Assembly: GCA_030141605.1 (NCBI GenBank)
Contig: JAQGDQ010000893.1
Span: 15,764-79,763, forward strand
Source of the DNA: Tubiluchus corallicola
Taxonomy: Eukaryota > Animalia > Priapulida
Reading direction: 5' to 3'
Length of the DNA stretch: 64,000 nt
Part shown: positions 40,076 to 52,042 of the stretch, piece after piece
How the letters are laid out: every line of letters begins with the position of its first letter
Numbering within the stretch: the stretch's first letter is position 1
The notes under the pieces: model-generated
The model's database searches: none
What the model saw: only the letters and a program-made list of their open reading frames with translations
Told to the model about the DNA's origin: nothing
Made by a program: the position numbers and the translations under genes

Positions 40076-42215
40076 GTAAAAATGGCACAGTAAAAGTGCG
40101 CAAATGGAAAAGTAGGTAAAATGGCACAGTAAAAGTGCGCAAATGGAAAAGTAGGTAAAATGGCACAGTAAAAGTGCGCAAATGGAAAAGTAGGTAAAAA
40201 TGGCACAGTAAAAGTGCGCAAATGGAAAAGTAGGTAAAAATAGCACAGTAAAAGTGCGCAAATGGAAAAGTAGGTAAAAATAGCACAGTAAAAAATGCGC
40301 AAATGGAAAAGTAGGTAAAATGGCACAGTAAAAATGCGCAAATGGAAAAGTAGGTAAAAATGGCACAGTAAAAGTGCGGAAATGGAAAAGTAGGTAAAAA
40401 TGGCACAGTTAAAGTGCGCAAATGGAAAAGTAGGTAAAAATGGCACAGTAAAAGTGCGCAAATGGAAAAGTAGGTAAAAATGGCACAGTTAAAGTGCGCA
40501 AATGGAAAAGTAGGTAAAAATGGCACAGTAAAGGTGCGCAAATGGAAAAGTAGGTAAAAATGGCACAGTAAAGAATGCACAAATGTAAAAGTATGTAAAA
40601 ACGGCACAGCAAAAATTGCGCAAATGGAAAAGTAGGTAAAAATGGCACAGCAAAAATTGCGCAAATGGAAAAGTAGGTAAAAATTGCACAGTAAGAATTG
40701 CGCAAATGGAAAAGTAGGTAAAAATTGCACAGTAAAGGTGCGCAAATGGAAAAGTAGGTAAAATGGCACAGTAAAGGTGCGCAAATGGAAAAGTAGGTAA
40801 AAACGGCACAGCAAAAATTGCGCAAATGGAAAAGTAGGTAAAAATGGCACAGTAAAAGTGCGCAAATGGAAAAGTAGGTAAAAATGGCACAGTAAGAATT
40901 GCGCAAATGGAAAAGTAGGTAAAAATGGCACAGTAAAGGTGCGCAAATGGAAAAGTAGGTAAAAATGGCACAGTAAAAGTGCGCAAATGGAAAAGTAGGT
41001 AAAAATGGCACAGTAAAGGTGCGCAAATGGAAAAGTAGGTAAAAATGGCACAGTAAAGAATGCACAAATGTAAAAGTATGTAAAAACGGCACAGCAAAAA
41101 TTGCGCAAATGGAAAAGTAGGTAAAAATGGCACAGCAAAAATTGCGCAAATGGAAAAGTAGGTAAAAATGGCACAGTAAGAATTGCGCAAATGGAAAAGT
41201 AGGTAAAAATTGCACAGTAAAGGTGCGCAAATGGAAAAGTAGGTAAAATGGCACAGTAAAGGTGCGCAAATGGAAAAGTAGGTAAAAACGGCACAGCAAA
41301 AATTGCGCAAATGGAAAAGTAGGTAAAAATGGCACAGTAAGAATTGCGCAAATGGAAAAGTAGGTAAAAATGGCACAGTAAAGGTGCGCAAATGGAAAAG
41401 TAGGTAAAAATGGCACAGTAAAAGTGCGCAAATGGAAAAGTAGGTAAAAATGGCACGGTAAAAATGCACAAATGGAAAAGAAGGTAAAAATGGCACGGTA
41501 AAAATGCACAAATGGAAAAGTAGGTAAAAATGGCACAGTAAAAGTGCGCAAATGGAAAAGTAGGTAAAAATGGCACAGTAAAAGTGCGCAAATGGAAAAG
41601 TAGGTAAAAAGGCACAGGAAAAAATGCACAAATGGAAAAGTAGGTAAAATGGCACAGTAAAAGTGCGCAAATGGAAAAGTAGGTAAAATGGCACAGTAAA
41701 AGTGCGCAAATGGAAAAGTAGGTAAAAATGGCACAGTAAAAGTGCGCAAATGGAAAAGTAGGTAAAAATGGCACAGTAAAAGTGCGCAAATGGAAAAGTA
41801 GGTAAAAATGGCACAGTAAAAGTGCGCAAATGGAAAAGAAGGTTAAAATGACACAGTAAAAGTGCGCAAATGGAAAAGTAGGTAAAAATGGCACAGTAAA
41901 AGTGCGCAAATGGAAAAGTAGGTAAAAATGGCACAGTAAAAGTGCGCAAATGGAAAAGAAGGTAAAAATGGTACAATAAAAGTGCGCAAATGGAAAAGTA
42001 GGTAAAAATGGCACAGTAAAAGTGCGCAAATGGAAAAGAAGGTTAAAATGACACAGTAAAAGTGCGCAAATGGAAAAGTAGGTAAAAATGGTACAGTAAA
42101 AGTGCGCAAATGGAAAAGTAGGTAAAAATGGCACAGTAAAAGTGCGCAAATGGAAAAGTAGGTAAAATGGCACAGGAAAAAATGCACAAAAGGAAAAGTA
42201 GGTAAAAATGGCACA
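40060..42215 (+). repeat. ~40-bp minisatellite (~54 copies), probably the expanded left arm of a foldback-type element
   Basis: Unit gcaaatggaaaagtaggtaaaaatggcacagtaaaagtgc; complementary ctgtgccatttt / tttccatttgtgcc motifs at ~43205-43396. Confidence 0.95.
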
Positions 42216-43204
42216 TGTGTTGCTTTGACATATATAATTCCAGTAATAAAAAAGAAATTAATATAACTATAATGCAACACGTAAATTACAATAGACGACG
42301 TAAGAGGCTCACTTTCAAATGAAGTGTTCTTGCAAAGCAGATAAAAGCAAGCAATATGAAACTGCTATTCAAGAGATTAAGTAATGTTCATGCTGCTCAG
42401 GTACATTTCCCAGAATAAGTGTTTCCAAGAAACTATTTTTTACAGAAAAACAATTCCCATTCCCAGAAAACATTTCCCTGTAAGATCTTTTAACCGAAAA
42501 CTCAAGTTAAGATTTTTATACGTTAAGTATTTTAGAAGGATATAGCCTTCAATTTTCCTGCTGTTTAATTCTTTCTGTTTACCTTCATCCCTCTCTCATT
42601 CTCTCACTCTCTTCCTCTCTCAATCCTTCTTTCCCTCCTTATCTGCCTCACCCGTCTTCTCTCTCTATCTTTTTTTTCTCTCGTAAATCTCTCCTCGTTC
42701 TCTCCTGCTCTTCTGTATCTCCCCCCTCTGTCTCTATCTCTTCCCGTCACTCTTCTCTCTCTCTCTACCTTTCTTTTTTCCACTCACTTTTTCTCACTGT
42801 TCTCTCTCTCTCTTCTCTCTCTCTCTCTCTCTCTCTCTCATTCTCGCATCTCTCTCCCTCCCCTTCATTCTCCCTCCCTTATTTTCTCGCTTTCTGCTTT
42901 TCAATTATGTGCAATACTTTGATTAATAATTTCTTTTTTAATTTTGCTTTGAAATTTTTTTTATTTTGCAACTTTCGCAAATGTTTTGCGAAAAAAAACG
43001 GCGAGAAAACACCCATTTTGCTGCCCTATATTCCCTTCTCCACAAGTTTTGTGGAAATTTATTAGGTAGTTTCTGCGCAATTAGCTTACTGATAAAACAG
43101 ACAACAAACAGACTGCGTTGAAGCATAACTTCCTTGTCAGAGGTAAAAATAACTAAAATAATTATTCCCCACTGTAACTCTAAACCTACTCTCAGTTTTT
43201 ACTA

Positions 43205-43396
43205 AAAGTGGCATTTTCTCCTGTGCATATTTTCTTGCGCCATTTTTACTGTGCCAATTTTCCTGTGGAATTTTTTTCCTAAGCTTTTTACACACTTTTC
43301 CATTTGTGCCATATTTCCTGTGCCATTTTTCCTGCGCCATTTTTCGCTGTGCCATTCTTACCCGTGACATTTTTTCCTGTGTCATTTTTACCTGTA
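43205..43396 (-). mobile_element. Right arm of foldback/MITE-like element complementary to the 40-bp array
   Basis: Tandem ctgtgccattttt / gtcatttttacctg motifs are the reverse complement of ggtaaaaatggcacag. Confidence 0.55.
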
Positions 43397-43564
43397 AATG
43401 ATGTAACAGCAAAGGTGAAAGGATGGACTCACAACTGACAGATGCAAAAATAAGCAAAAAGTTCCAAAATCCCCATTCGATTTTTTCGTCTATAATGTCG
43501 ATAATTCGGGGGTGCTAATTAGTGGTATGGCTTCCGCAAAAGTACAAACCGCCTAATTTTGCTG

Positions 43565-43776
43565 TGAGAGAGAGAGAAAGAAAGAGAGAGAGGGAGACAG
43601 AGACAACGGAAGGAGAAAGTGCGAGAGCGAGGGGGAGAAAGAGAGTGCGAGAGAGAAAGAGAGAGAGAGAAAGAAATATAGATAGATAGAGAGAGAGAGA
43701 AAGAGAACGAATTGAAAAAGATAGGTAGATAAATGAATAGAGAGAGAGGGAGGGAGAGAGTGCGAGAGAGAGGGGG

Positions 43777-43828
<52 letters not shown>

Positions 43829-43977
43829 GGATGGATGGATGGATGGATGGATGGATGGATGGATGGATGGATGGATGGATGGATGGATGGATGGATGGAT
43901 GGATGGATGGATGGATGGATGGATGGATGGATGGATGGATGGATGGATGGATGGATGGATGGATGGATGGATGGATG

Positions 43978-44014
<37 letters not shown>

Positions 44015-44015
44015 G

Positions 44016-44059
<44 letters not shown>

Positions 44060-44196
44060 CAGATACAGAAAGAGAGAGAGGGAGAGAGAAAGAAAGAGAG
44101 AGGGAGAGACAGAGACAATGGAAGGAGAAAGTGCGCGAGCGAGGGGGAGAAAGAGAGAGCGAGAGAGAGGAGAGAAAGAGTGAGAGAGAGAGAAAG

Positions 44197-44230
<34 letters not shown>
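43565..44230. repeat. Compound GA-rich, (GAAA)n, (GATG)n, (GATA)n microsatellite
   Basis: Directly visible. Confidence 0.95.
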
Positions 44231-44234
<4 letters not shown>

Positions 44235-44540
44235 CAGTGTCCTTGAGCGCAGTGTTAGGGTAATGACATTTAAGGATGAAGACGGAGATTACTATCAGCC
44301 TTTACATTCCATCACTTGAAAAAGATGCTAATCCCTCAAAGCATACCACTTATTTTTTCTAGCTGGTGGAGTGTTCTGCATAGGTAATTTTCTAAACAAC
44401 AAAGAGGATGAGAACACTCGCTCCATGAGAAAAACTAATCCAATCTTAAGACCTGTTTATCTTTGGGATGGTTGGTTTTAATTTCGCAAATAAGCATCCA
44501 GTGTTAGAGAGAAAGAGAGAAAGAGAGACAGAGACGGAGA

Positions 44541-44623
<83 letters not shown>

Positions 44624-44787
44624 CAGTGTACTTGAGCGCAGTGTTGGGGTAATGACATTTAAGGATGAAAACGGAGATTACTATCACCTTTAATTCCATC
44701 ACTTGAAAAAGATGCTAATCCCTCAAAGCATGCCGCTTATTTTTTTCTAGCTGGTGGAGTGTTCTGCATAGGTAATTTTCTAAACAA
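44231..44787 (+). repeat. Second and third (partial) copies of the GA-linked dispersed repeat seen at 2.7-3.0 kb
   Basis: 44231-44545 is near-identical to 2731-3045; a further partial copy lies at 44619-44787 after a (GA)n tract. Confidence 0.9.
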
Positions 44788-44799
44788 AGCAGCTACCGG

Positions 44800-45495
44800 T
44801 AAACTCAAGCGCCTGGTCACTAGACATCTACAGACATTTTCATCATCTTGTCAGAAATTATCTTCTGCCCTTTAAAGGGGTCACAGATTCTTGATTGAAT
44901 AGCTATTAAATATCGCAAATAATGTGCCAGATGCAAAAACTTCACTTCGAATGAGCTGTTAATGTTATTATGGTGTTCCCCAGTGGTCCATCTTGAAGCT
45001 GGTTTTATTCTTAGTTTACAATAAAATAATCAAAATCGTTTTAGCTGCCCCAACCTTCCGAAAGCCCAGTTCATCATAGAAGTCATCCGTCAAAATTCAT
45101 ACCATCAGGTGTCTCTGCTAGTATCAAGTCACTGTGTAATTTTTTCTCTTCATGCAGAGATTGCAGCAATGAATAGTTGTATTTGTTCTCATACGTATCT
45201 TGGATTGAAACAAAAAAACAAGCAAACCGAGTTGTTTAGGCTTTTGCACCACTTCAGCATTTCGTCTGTCCACTCGCATCGAATAACTCATAATTCCAAC
45301 AAATAGCAAAATTTCATCTTTTGATTTGTGCGTTAAACTATTTGTAAGAGAGGAGCAATTTTTAAAGCAAATCTGAATCTCTAAATGACTGTTTTCACAT
45401 TTATACAGCACGAAAATAACTACTGAAAGTAGTAATACTAAAAAGAGCAGCGTGGGTGAGCTAAGACACTTTTCTTGCTTGTTGTGAAGTACCAT
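44800..45495 (-). pseudogene. Decayed GT31 paralogue of GT31b (GT31c)
   Basis: Anchor LLFLVLLLSVVIFVLY, then LLFVGIMS..RRNA. Across frameshifts: KWCKSLNNSVCLFF, VSIQDTYENK, LHEEKKLHSDLILAETPDGMNF, RMTSMMNWA, DFDYF. These match GT31b EWCESFDDVMCLFFVDVQDRF, LYDEAALHSDIVMAQTPSGMNF, RLTWMMKWA, YDFKSF. The 3' boundary is uncertain. Confidence 0.75.
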
Positions 45496-45908
45496 AACAA
45501 CAGCGAATGAGTGAATTAAAAAGTCTTTTTAAAATGTTTGTGGCGTCAACACACATAATAACATTTTAACTAATAACATGTTTACAATGCAGCCCAACCG
45601 AAAACGTTTAGCGGTTTAATGTAAACACGGATTAGTTTTTTAAAATCGCATAACCTATTCGTGCAGCGAAATGTAAACATTATCAGTGCCTACTTTAGGT
45701 TTAGTCGTGTTTCACCACCCTTCAAAAATTTAAACAACTCCCAGTACTGTCATCTCCTGTTTCTAATCATTTAAAGTATTAGACTACATTGTTATTACTA
45801 TATCTTTATCTAGAAATTTATTTCAAAAGAGACCCTCTAATTGCAGGGCAAAAGTTACACAGTACTACAAAATTATATCACGAAAGCTTCACCTAACTAA
45901 TACTTTAA

Positions 45909-48900
45909 CCGTTAGACGACCAAGTTGGGTTAAAAATTACTCTGCAAAGTGATTTTTCTAACGATCTATTGAGGAAATTTCACATTTTTTGGGCATTCTT
46001 CAATTTAAAATATGGCTGCCACTTTTGCTATACATGTACTTAAGCTTGAAGTTGATGAATATGAAATTTTAAGAAGACACGGAAGTGAAGATGAAGTGTG
46101 TATGTCAGAATTAAACAGTAAACATAATTAATGGATTAGAAGAATTGTCAAAATGCTTGAGGTATCACGCACAAACAATTTATATATAGTGCGGTGACAG
46201 AACGGTTTTTTCATACATGTATATTTATATATTGCATATAATTATTTAGCAATAACTACGCTTAATCAATTAGTCTGTTTAAAGTCAATTAGAGAATGTT
46301 ATAAAGGATTTTGTCAATATGACAGTGTCAAGCTTTACTAATTTGCAAACTTTCTAAAATTTTGTTTGTAATTTAAGCTCACCGATTAAACTGAGTCATT
46401 TATGAAATCAAATATGAAGTCAATGTTAGACTTTACATTTTCATTTTGCGCAAGTAGGCACATCAGCAGTACTCCCTTTTTGATAGAATATTGCAATCTT
46501 TACTTTCATTCCACCAAAGCTACTCGTCATTAGAGACTAGTATGTACTTAAGTTTTCATTAATGTTTTCAAAATGTTGACAGGAAGTGGTGCGTATGGTC
46601 AGTTTACTTCATCTTTGCCTCTCAAAGCTGCGATGATTAGAAAAGAACTTAAAATAACACAAAAGGCCAAATTACTGACCACCTGTGTTGCTCTCCCCAC
46701 TCAAAGACCAGCCTATAATGACTTCACAAATCCTGTGACCTGTTTGAGTTGAGTGCGCGGTTCATGCCCTGCGCACAAAGAAAGATTATAATCTTCAACA
46801 ATCTCGCCTGGAGTTCAGTTTTGTTAAAAAAAATGCTGAAAATAATGACCACCGCATAGGATCTATTGTGTCATGCATTCTTCACACAAGAAAGCAGCGT
46901 AATTATAAATCTTGTTAAGTATTTACCTGAGCAGCAGGTTGTATCCTCTCACACAAAGAAAGATTTTAATAGTCTTCAACAGTTCTGAAAAAGCGCCCAT
47001 AATGACCACCACTTTCGAGCACTTGAGACATGCTTTCTGCACACAAGAAAGCACCTCAATTATAAGCCTTGTGAAGTATTTACCTGAACCACAGGTAGCG
47101 CCCTCGAACAAAGCAAGATTAGAATAATCTCCTTTTTTGAAGTGGTTCAGCACATTCCAAAGCAGTTTTAGCAGCGTGAGAACTACAGGGTATCGACCAG
47201 CCTTGAATATGAGAGCTTTCCTAAATAAACATTTTTAGTGTTCTTATTTTTAAAAACTTTGCAACGTTTAGATATTTTGAGGAAACTTTTCTGGCACCAA
47301 TTGCAAGCCACAGTTTTCTTCTTTTAATAAATCATTTTCTCAATAATTGTTCGTCGTGAAAGCCATGTTTGCTCATCTGTAACAACTAAAGAAAAGCAGC
47401 TCTATTTCTAAACGTATGACCTCTAAATAATTTCTAGCATTTTACGAAAGCATTTTTAAACTTACATTGCTGGGAAAGACATTTAAAATAATTTAAAACA
47501 TTTTTTTTGGTTTTGCCGCTGCAATCAAACCTCATAAGCTGTGTCTGTGAAACACTTTTTGTTGCACTGTCCATGGTATCAACAGATTAGGGTTGTTATG
47601 TTTGCTAAACTAAATGTTTGATAAACTAAATGAAATACTCCTGCCTGAAAGCCTCAATATAGCGGCCTTAGGAACTAATGATCTGTAGAAGTTGTTATTA
47701 TTTGGAAAAGATTAATTTAATTATGTTAACTGTAAAATATTCCAATGTAAACATGACTTTATATTTCGTACTAAACGCTTCCTGGATCTGACATGAAATA
47801 CGTAAGTCTTAAATATTCGTACATTAATATTTTTAACTGTCATTTGTTTCTAATATCTAATATAATCTTGTAGTAAAACTTGTCAACTTGTGTAGCTGTA
47901 GTCAATTCTTGCTGTGAATGTTTTTGTTTTTTAAACTGACTGATTAGATCCTCTAATAAATTATGTTTAATCTAACTTCATCATAACCCTCCATTAATAA
48001 TGTCAACCTCTCCATAGCGCCAAACAACTTTTTGGCAGTTCCAAGGTAAGACTGAATGATGAGGTTTGACTGTATTTTAATATTGAAATTGTTCCTGTAA
48101 AAGTATCTAGCACTATGTGAAGGATAGACAAGGCTCTAAACTAGTGTTAATGCCCAAAATACTAAAATGCAATTTCTGATCAATGAGTTGCTTTAACATC
48201 TAAGCAATAGGAAACTTTTTACATTAACGGTCTTCGGTTTAAGTAAGTGTTACATTGCGCTAAACTTCCACTAGAGTGTCAAAACCAGCAGATTTCAATT
48301 AAACGTGATTTAAATTGTCGGATTTACAACTGAAGCTGCAGCGAGATTCGTTTAAAGGAAAAGACAAGTCACTTAGCAGGTTTAGTTTACTGTTATAACT
48401 TAAACTTAGAAAAATATAAAAACGAAATTTGCAAAAAAACTATCTATATATAATAAAATTAATTTACACTACCGCTAAATAGCTATGTTAATTTGCAGTG
48501 GTAGCTGTGAATATTTTGACGGAACTGGTGGCTTTTTGACTTTTTTAAGGCGCATCATTACTTTCTGTAGGTGCGCTGAGTTTAAAATAATGCTGCAGCT
48601 TACATAATCAAGAAAAAATATCAGTAATTAAATAACTATTTTTTTTTGTAAAAATTTTGTTTGATACTTTTAACAAGAATTATCACATCACTGCTTTTCT
48701 TCAGTTAACGAACGACGTCATTGGTGGAAGAATTTTCATTCAAAATGGAAGTTCCCAAACGTGAAATTTTTGCGTCTTTAAAGTTATTTTACTAATTACA
48801 TGAGGGTACTTATCAGACTTTTATTACTAACTCCTTCTAACATTTTTACAAAAATTGAAATAAGTCTAACTTCCCAGAAAGCTTGACTTTTCCTTTAACT

Positions 48901-48960
48901 TTAAGGTTGTGTCAAATCTCACAGTGTTTTCAATGATTAATCTCACTCTCCAAGATTTCT
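45909..48960 (+). repeat. Dispersed repeat copy B (possibly non-autonomous piggyBac-like)
   Basis: Inverted homology to 28100-32350; preceded by TTAA|ccgttagacgacc at 45905-45921, resembling a piggyBac terminus; matching right end not identified. Confidence 0.65.
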
Positions 48961-49199
48961 GCATGTCGTTTTTGGGCTGCAGAAATAATTTCTGAAATAA
49001 TTAAGCATTCTGTGACCTTATACCATTGAGTCAAGGTCAAGGTCAATGTCTATTTTTCATTTTTTGGTATACAGCCTTAAATAGTACTTAATTTGCAGAA
49101 TGAACACGTATAAACAAAGCCAGAATTTTTGGGGGCGGTAGAGTCAATATGTCAGTAGCAAATAACATGATTTTAACAAACGGAATGCAGAACTAGGAT

Positions 49200-49985
49200 G
49201 AAATACTGCGAAATCTTGTTGAGAGATTTTGGAAATTGGACAGTGTAGATAACCATGGACGTCTGTCCAGAGAAGACATTAAAGTGCTAGAAAGGGAGAA
49301 ATCAATCACAAAACGGGGTGACCATTATGAACTGCAGATTCAAGGAGCAAAAATACAAATTACCAAATAGCCGGGAAATGACAGAAAAGAGGCTGGCTAG
49401 TTTGGGCACCAGACTAAGCAAGAATCTAAAATTACATAAAAAATACACCAAGGAAATGAATGATTTACTTAGAAAGGGATATGCGGAGAAGGTTGAAGAA
49501 GCAGACGACCAAGATGTCACAATGAAATGGTATCTCCAACATTTTCCTGTTTATAATGAAAATAAGCCTGACAAAACTCGGATAGTTTTCGATTGTGGAG
49601 CGAAATGTGATGGCATCTCGCTGAACATATTAGCATTACAGGGACCTGATCTGACCAACACACTTCTTGGAGTATTATTGCGGTTCAGGGAGAAGCCCGT
49701 TGGAATGATGGCAGACATAGTGGGCATGTTTCATCAAGTCTTTGTTGCTCCTCAGAACAGAGACATGCTACGCTTCCTGTGGTGGCCAGATGGACAATTG
49801 GATAAACCACAACAAACTTATAGGATGACAGTGCATTTATTTGGAGGGGTTTGGTCCCCTAGTGCAGCATCCTTTGCAGTCCGGCGCACAGCAACAGATA
49901 ATGTGGAAAAAATTTAACTGTGAGGCAGTCAGTACTGTACTGCGCAATTTCTATGTTGACGACTGCTTGAAATCCGTGGATACAG
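49200..49985 (+). mobile_element. BEL/Pao retrotransposon RT fragment
   Basis: LVERFWKLDS..; WYLQHFPVYNENKPDKTRIVFDC; GPDLTNTLLGVLLRFR; ADIVGMFHQV; YRMTVHLFGGVWSPSAA; FYVDDCLKS (frameshifted). Confidence 0.9.
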
Positions 49986-49989
49986 CGCG

Positions 49990-50945
49990 CGTGTGTGTGT
50001 GTGTTAATTCTTTATTTGTCGTTAAAATTGCTTACTCATTATAAGAAAATTGAGTAAGCCAAAGCATAATGTTGATATAACAACATTGTTCAAGACAAAT
50101 GCTTTCAGTGCATACTAAAAAACTAAAGTGCAAAACTAAGGTCAAATTATTTACAATAAATTGACATATTTACAAACACGATATTAAAAGATTTTTACAA
50201 AGCAATATTACAAAAATACATTTTTATGGCATTTACACTATATACACCATTGACATAAACATAAGTAACATAACATGCAATATATCATATAAATTTTATA
50301 TTCTTAATTATTTTGTGGAGACAAGGACGGGGGTAGATGAAAGTTATGTCTATGTAATTAGTTTCGGATGCATTTCGGAGAAGTATAATCGAATCCTAGT
50401 TGGCGTTTGTTGTCTAGTAGTAAATTGTGATCGAGGCTGCAAAAAGCTTTACTTAGATCTAGAAATGCTGCTGTTGTTTTTGTTGTTGCGGCACTTTTCA
50501 GTGGAATCAACTACTGCGTCTATTGCAGAATGTAGTTTTCTAAACTCGAACAAATGATTTGACAGTAATTTGTTATTTTCAATGTAATGATTTATTTGGA
50601 TGTAGATAACTCTTTCAAATATTTTGGCTTGTTTATGCTCTACTGAAATTGCTCTATAGTTTTTAGCATAATTTTTAGCTTCTTTCTTTTCTTTTCGAGT
50701 TATGTTTGCTTGTTTACACACTGTTGGAAATTCTGAGCAAATTAAGACTCCCTTTGTGATATACATTAGATGAGGAGATGATGGTGCTGGCACAGTCTTT
50801 TAAGATTTTTATTGGCATGTCAGAGGGTCCACTTCCTTTATTTACATTTAAAGTGTTTAGTATTTTCAAGATGTCGTATTCGCTGACCCTAGCAAAAGAG
50901 AAAGTGGGTTGTGTTACTGGTTGGTTTTGTACATATTTTGACACT
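49990..50945 (-). mobile_element. Decayed CR1/L2-like LINE fragment with (CA)n tail
   Basis: FSFARVSEYDILKILNTLNVNKGSGPSDMPIKILKDCA; NYRAIS..KIFERVIY.Q..YIENNKLLS....FRK.HS; minus-strand aataaa followed by (ca)n at ~49990-50017. Confidence 0.75.
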
Positions 50946-51497
50946 TTCTAAAATGCATGTTCAAAAAATTTTGTTTATCAAGAATGTAAAATTTCATGTA
51001 TATATATATACGCTGCATAACGAGACCCAAGAATTTTCTAAGAAAGAAACTATGAAACCAAAACTTAAATTAAAAGGGACGACTGAGAAGAACAACGGAA
51101 AAAATAAACCCGAGACAATGCTTCAAATACGAACCAACGACACTCGGCAGGCCAAAAGGAGAAGGGCATCCCACGACAGAACGTAGACAAATGACGATGT
51201 CACGTGTTCGTTTTTTCTACAAGAAACCACTGCTGCCAATTGCTGGTAATATTATAGGCTTCCTTGTTTAAGCAGAAATCATAACATTACCTGTAGGTTT
51301 GTTGGTCTTGTGCCTATGAGTAAATGGTACAAGGCACGTTCACCTGGTTAACCTCAATATATATTCAAACACTGCTCTCCAATAAAAAAATGCAACATTT
51401 TTAATTAACATTGTCAACTTGAAAATTCAGCACTTTGACGTAATCATACGATGAATTGCTTGTTCTTTAAAAAATCAAATAGATCAATCTAATAATA

Positions 51498-51760
51498 TTG
51501 TTACGGAGGCACCTGTGACGGGTCAGGTGTAGGGCCCTCTACACGCCCTGCTTCCACGTCAGCAGCGACTCTCCCATTTCTTGTAGGTCCAGACGTCTTG
51601 TTTGGGCCTACACGTGGTGTGAGAAGCCAGCCGACCAGGAATGCCAGTATAAAAGCGCGTAGAGGTCATTATTGATTTCTGACCTAAGGTGTAGTACGGT
51701 TACTGACTTAGTTATTTTTTGTGCACGTGTATTTTGTTCCCTATTTTTATAAGTGCTGCC
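51498..51760 (+). mobile_element. Possible LTR fragment
   Basis: Starts tgttacgg, locally GC-richer, contains tataaaag followed by a T-rich tract; no partner found. Confidence 0.3.
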
Positions 51761-52042
51761 AAGGCAACAAGGCCGGCCAAGTCAGGATCGAATTCAAATT
51801 TGCTGAAGTAATGCCGCAAACGGTCATGTAAAAAGTAAAAAGTAAAATCTCTTTTTTGAAACAAGTACAGTTGATGCACTGTAGCAGAGGAACTTAAATA
51901 ACATTTTGGACTAGTTGTACATTAACTGTAAGCGATGAAAGACAGGAGTAGTAGGGAAGAAAATCAGCAAAGGTACTTTAACCGTGTTGCATATATAAAG
52001 GTGCATTTTGCAATGAGCTGTTAGCTACACGTATCTAAATTA

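Noticed and set aside
8502-42215. CRISPR-like arrays
   Set aside because: All arrays are head-to-tail repeats with no unique spacers; no cas genes; eukaryotic context.
39933-42280. Long ORFs (up to 746 aa) on the minus strand
   Set aside because: Translations of the 40-bp minisatellite, open in several frames because the unit lacks stops.
11499-45495. Bacterial polysaccharide operon or contaminant
   Set aside because: Genes are on both strands, kilobases apart, with eukaryotic type II anchors, a GT-AG intron and interspersed animal TEs.
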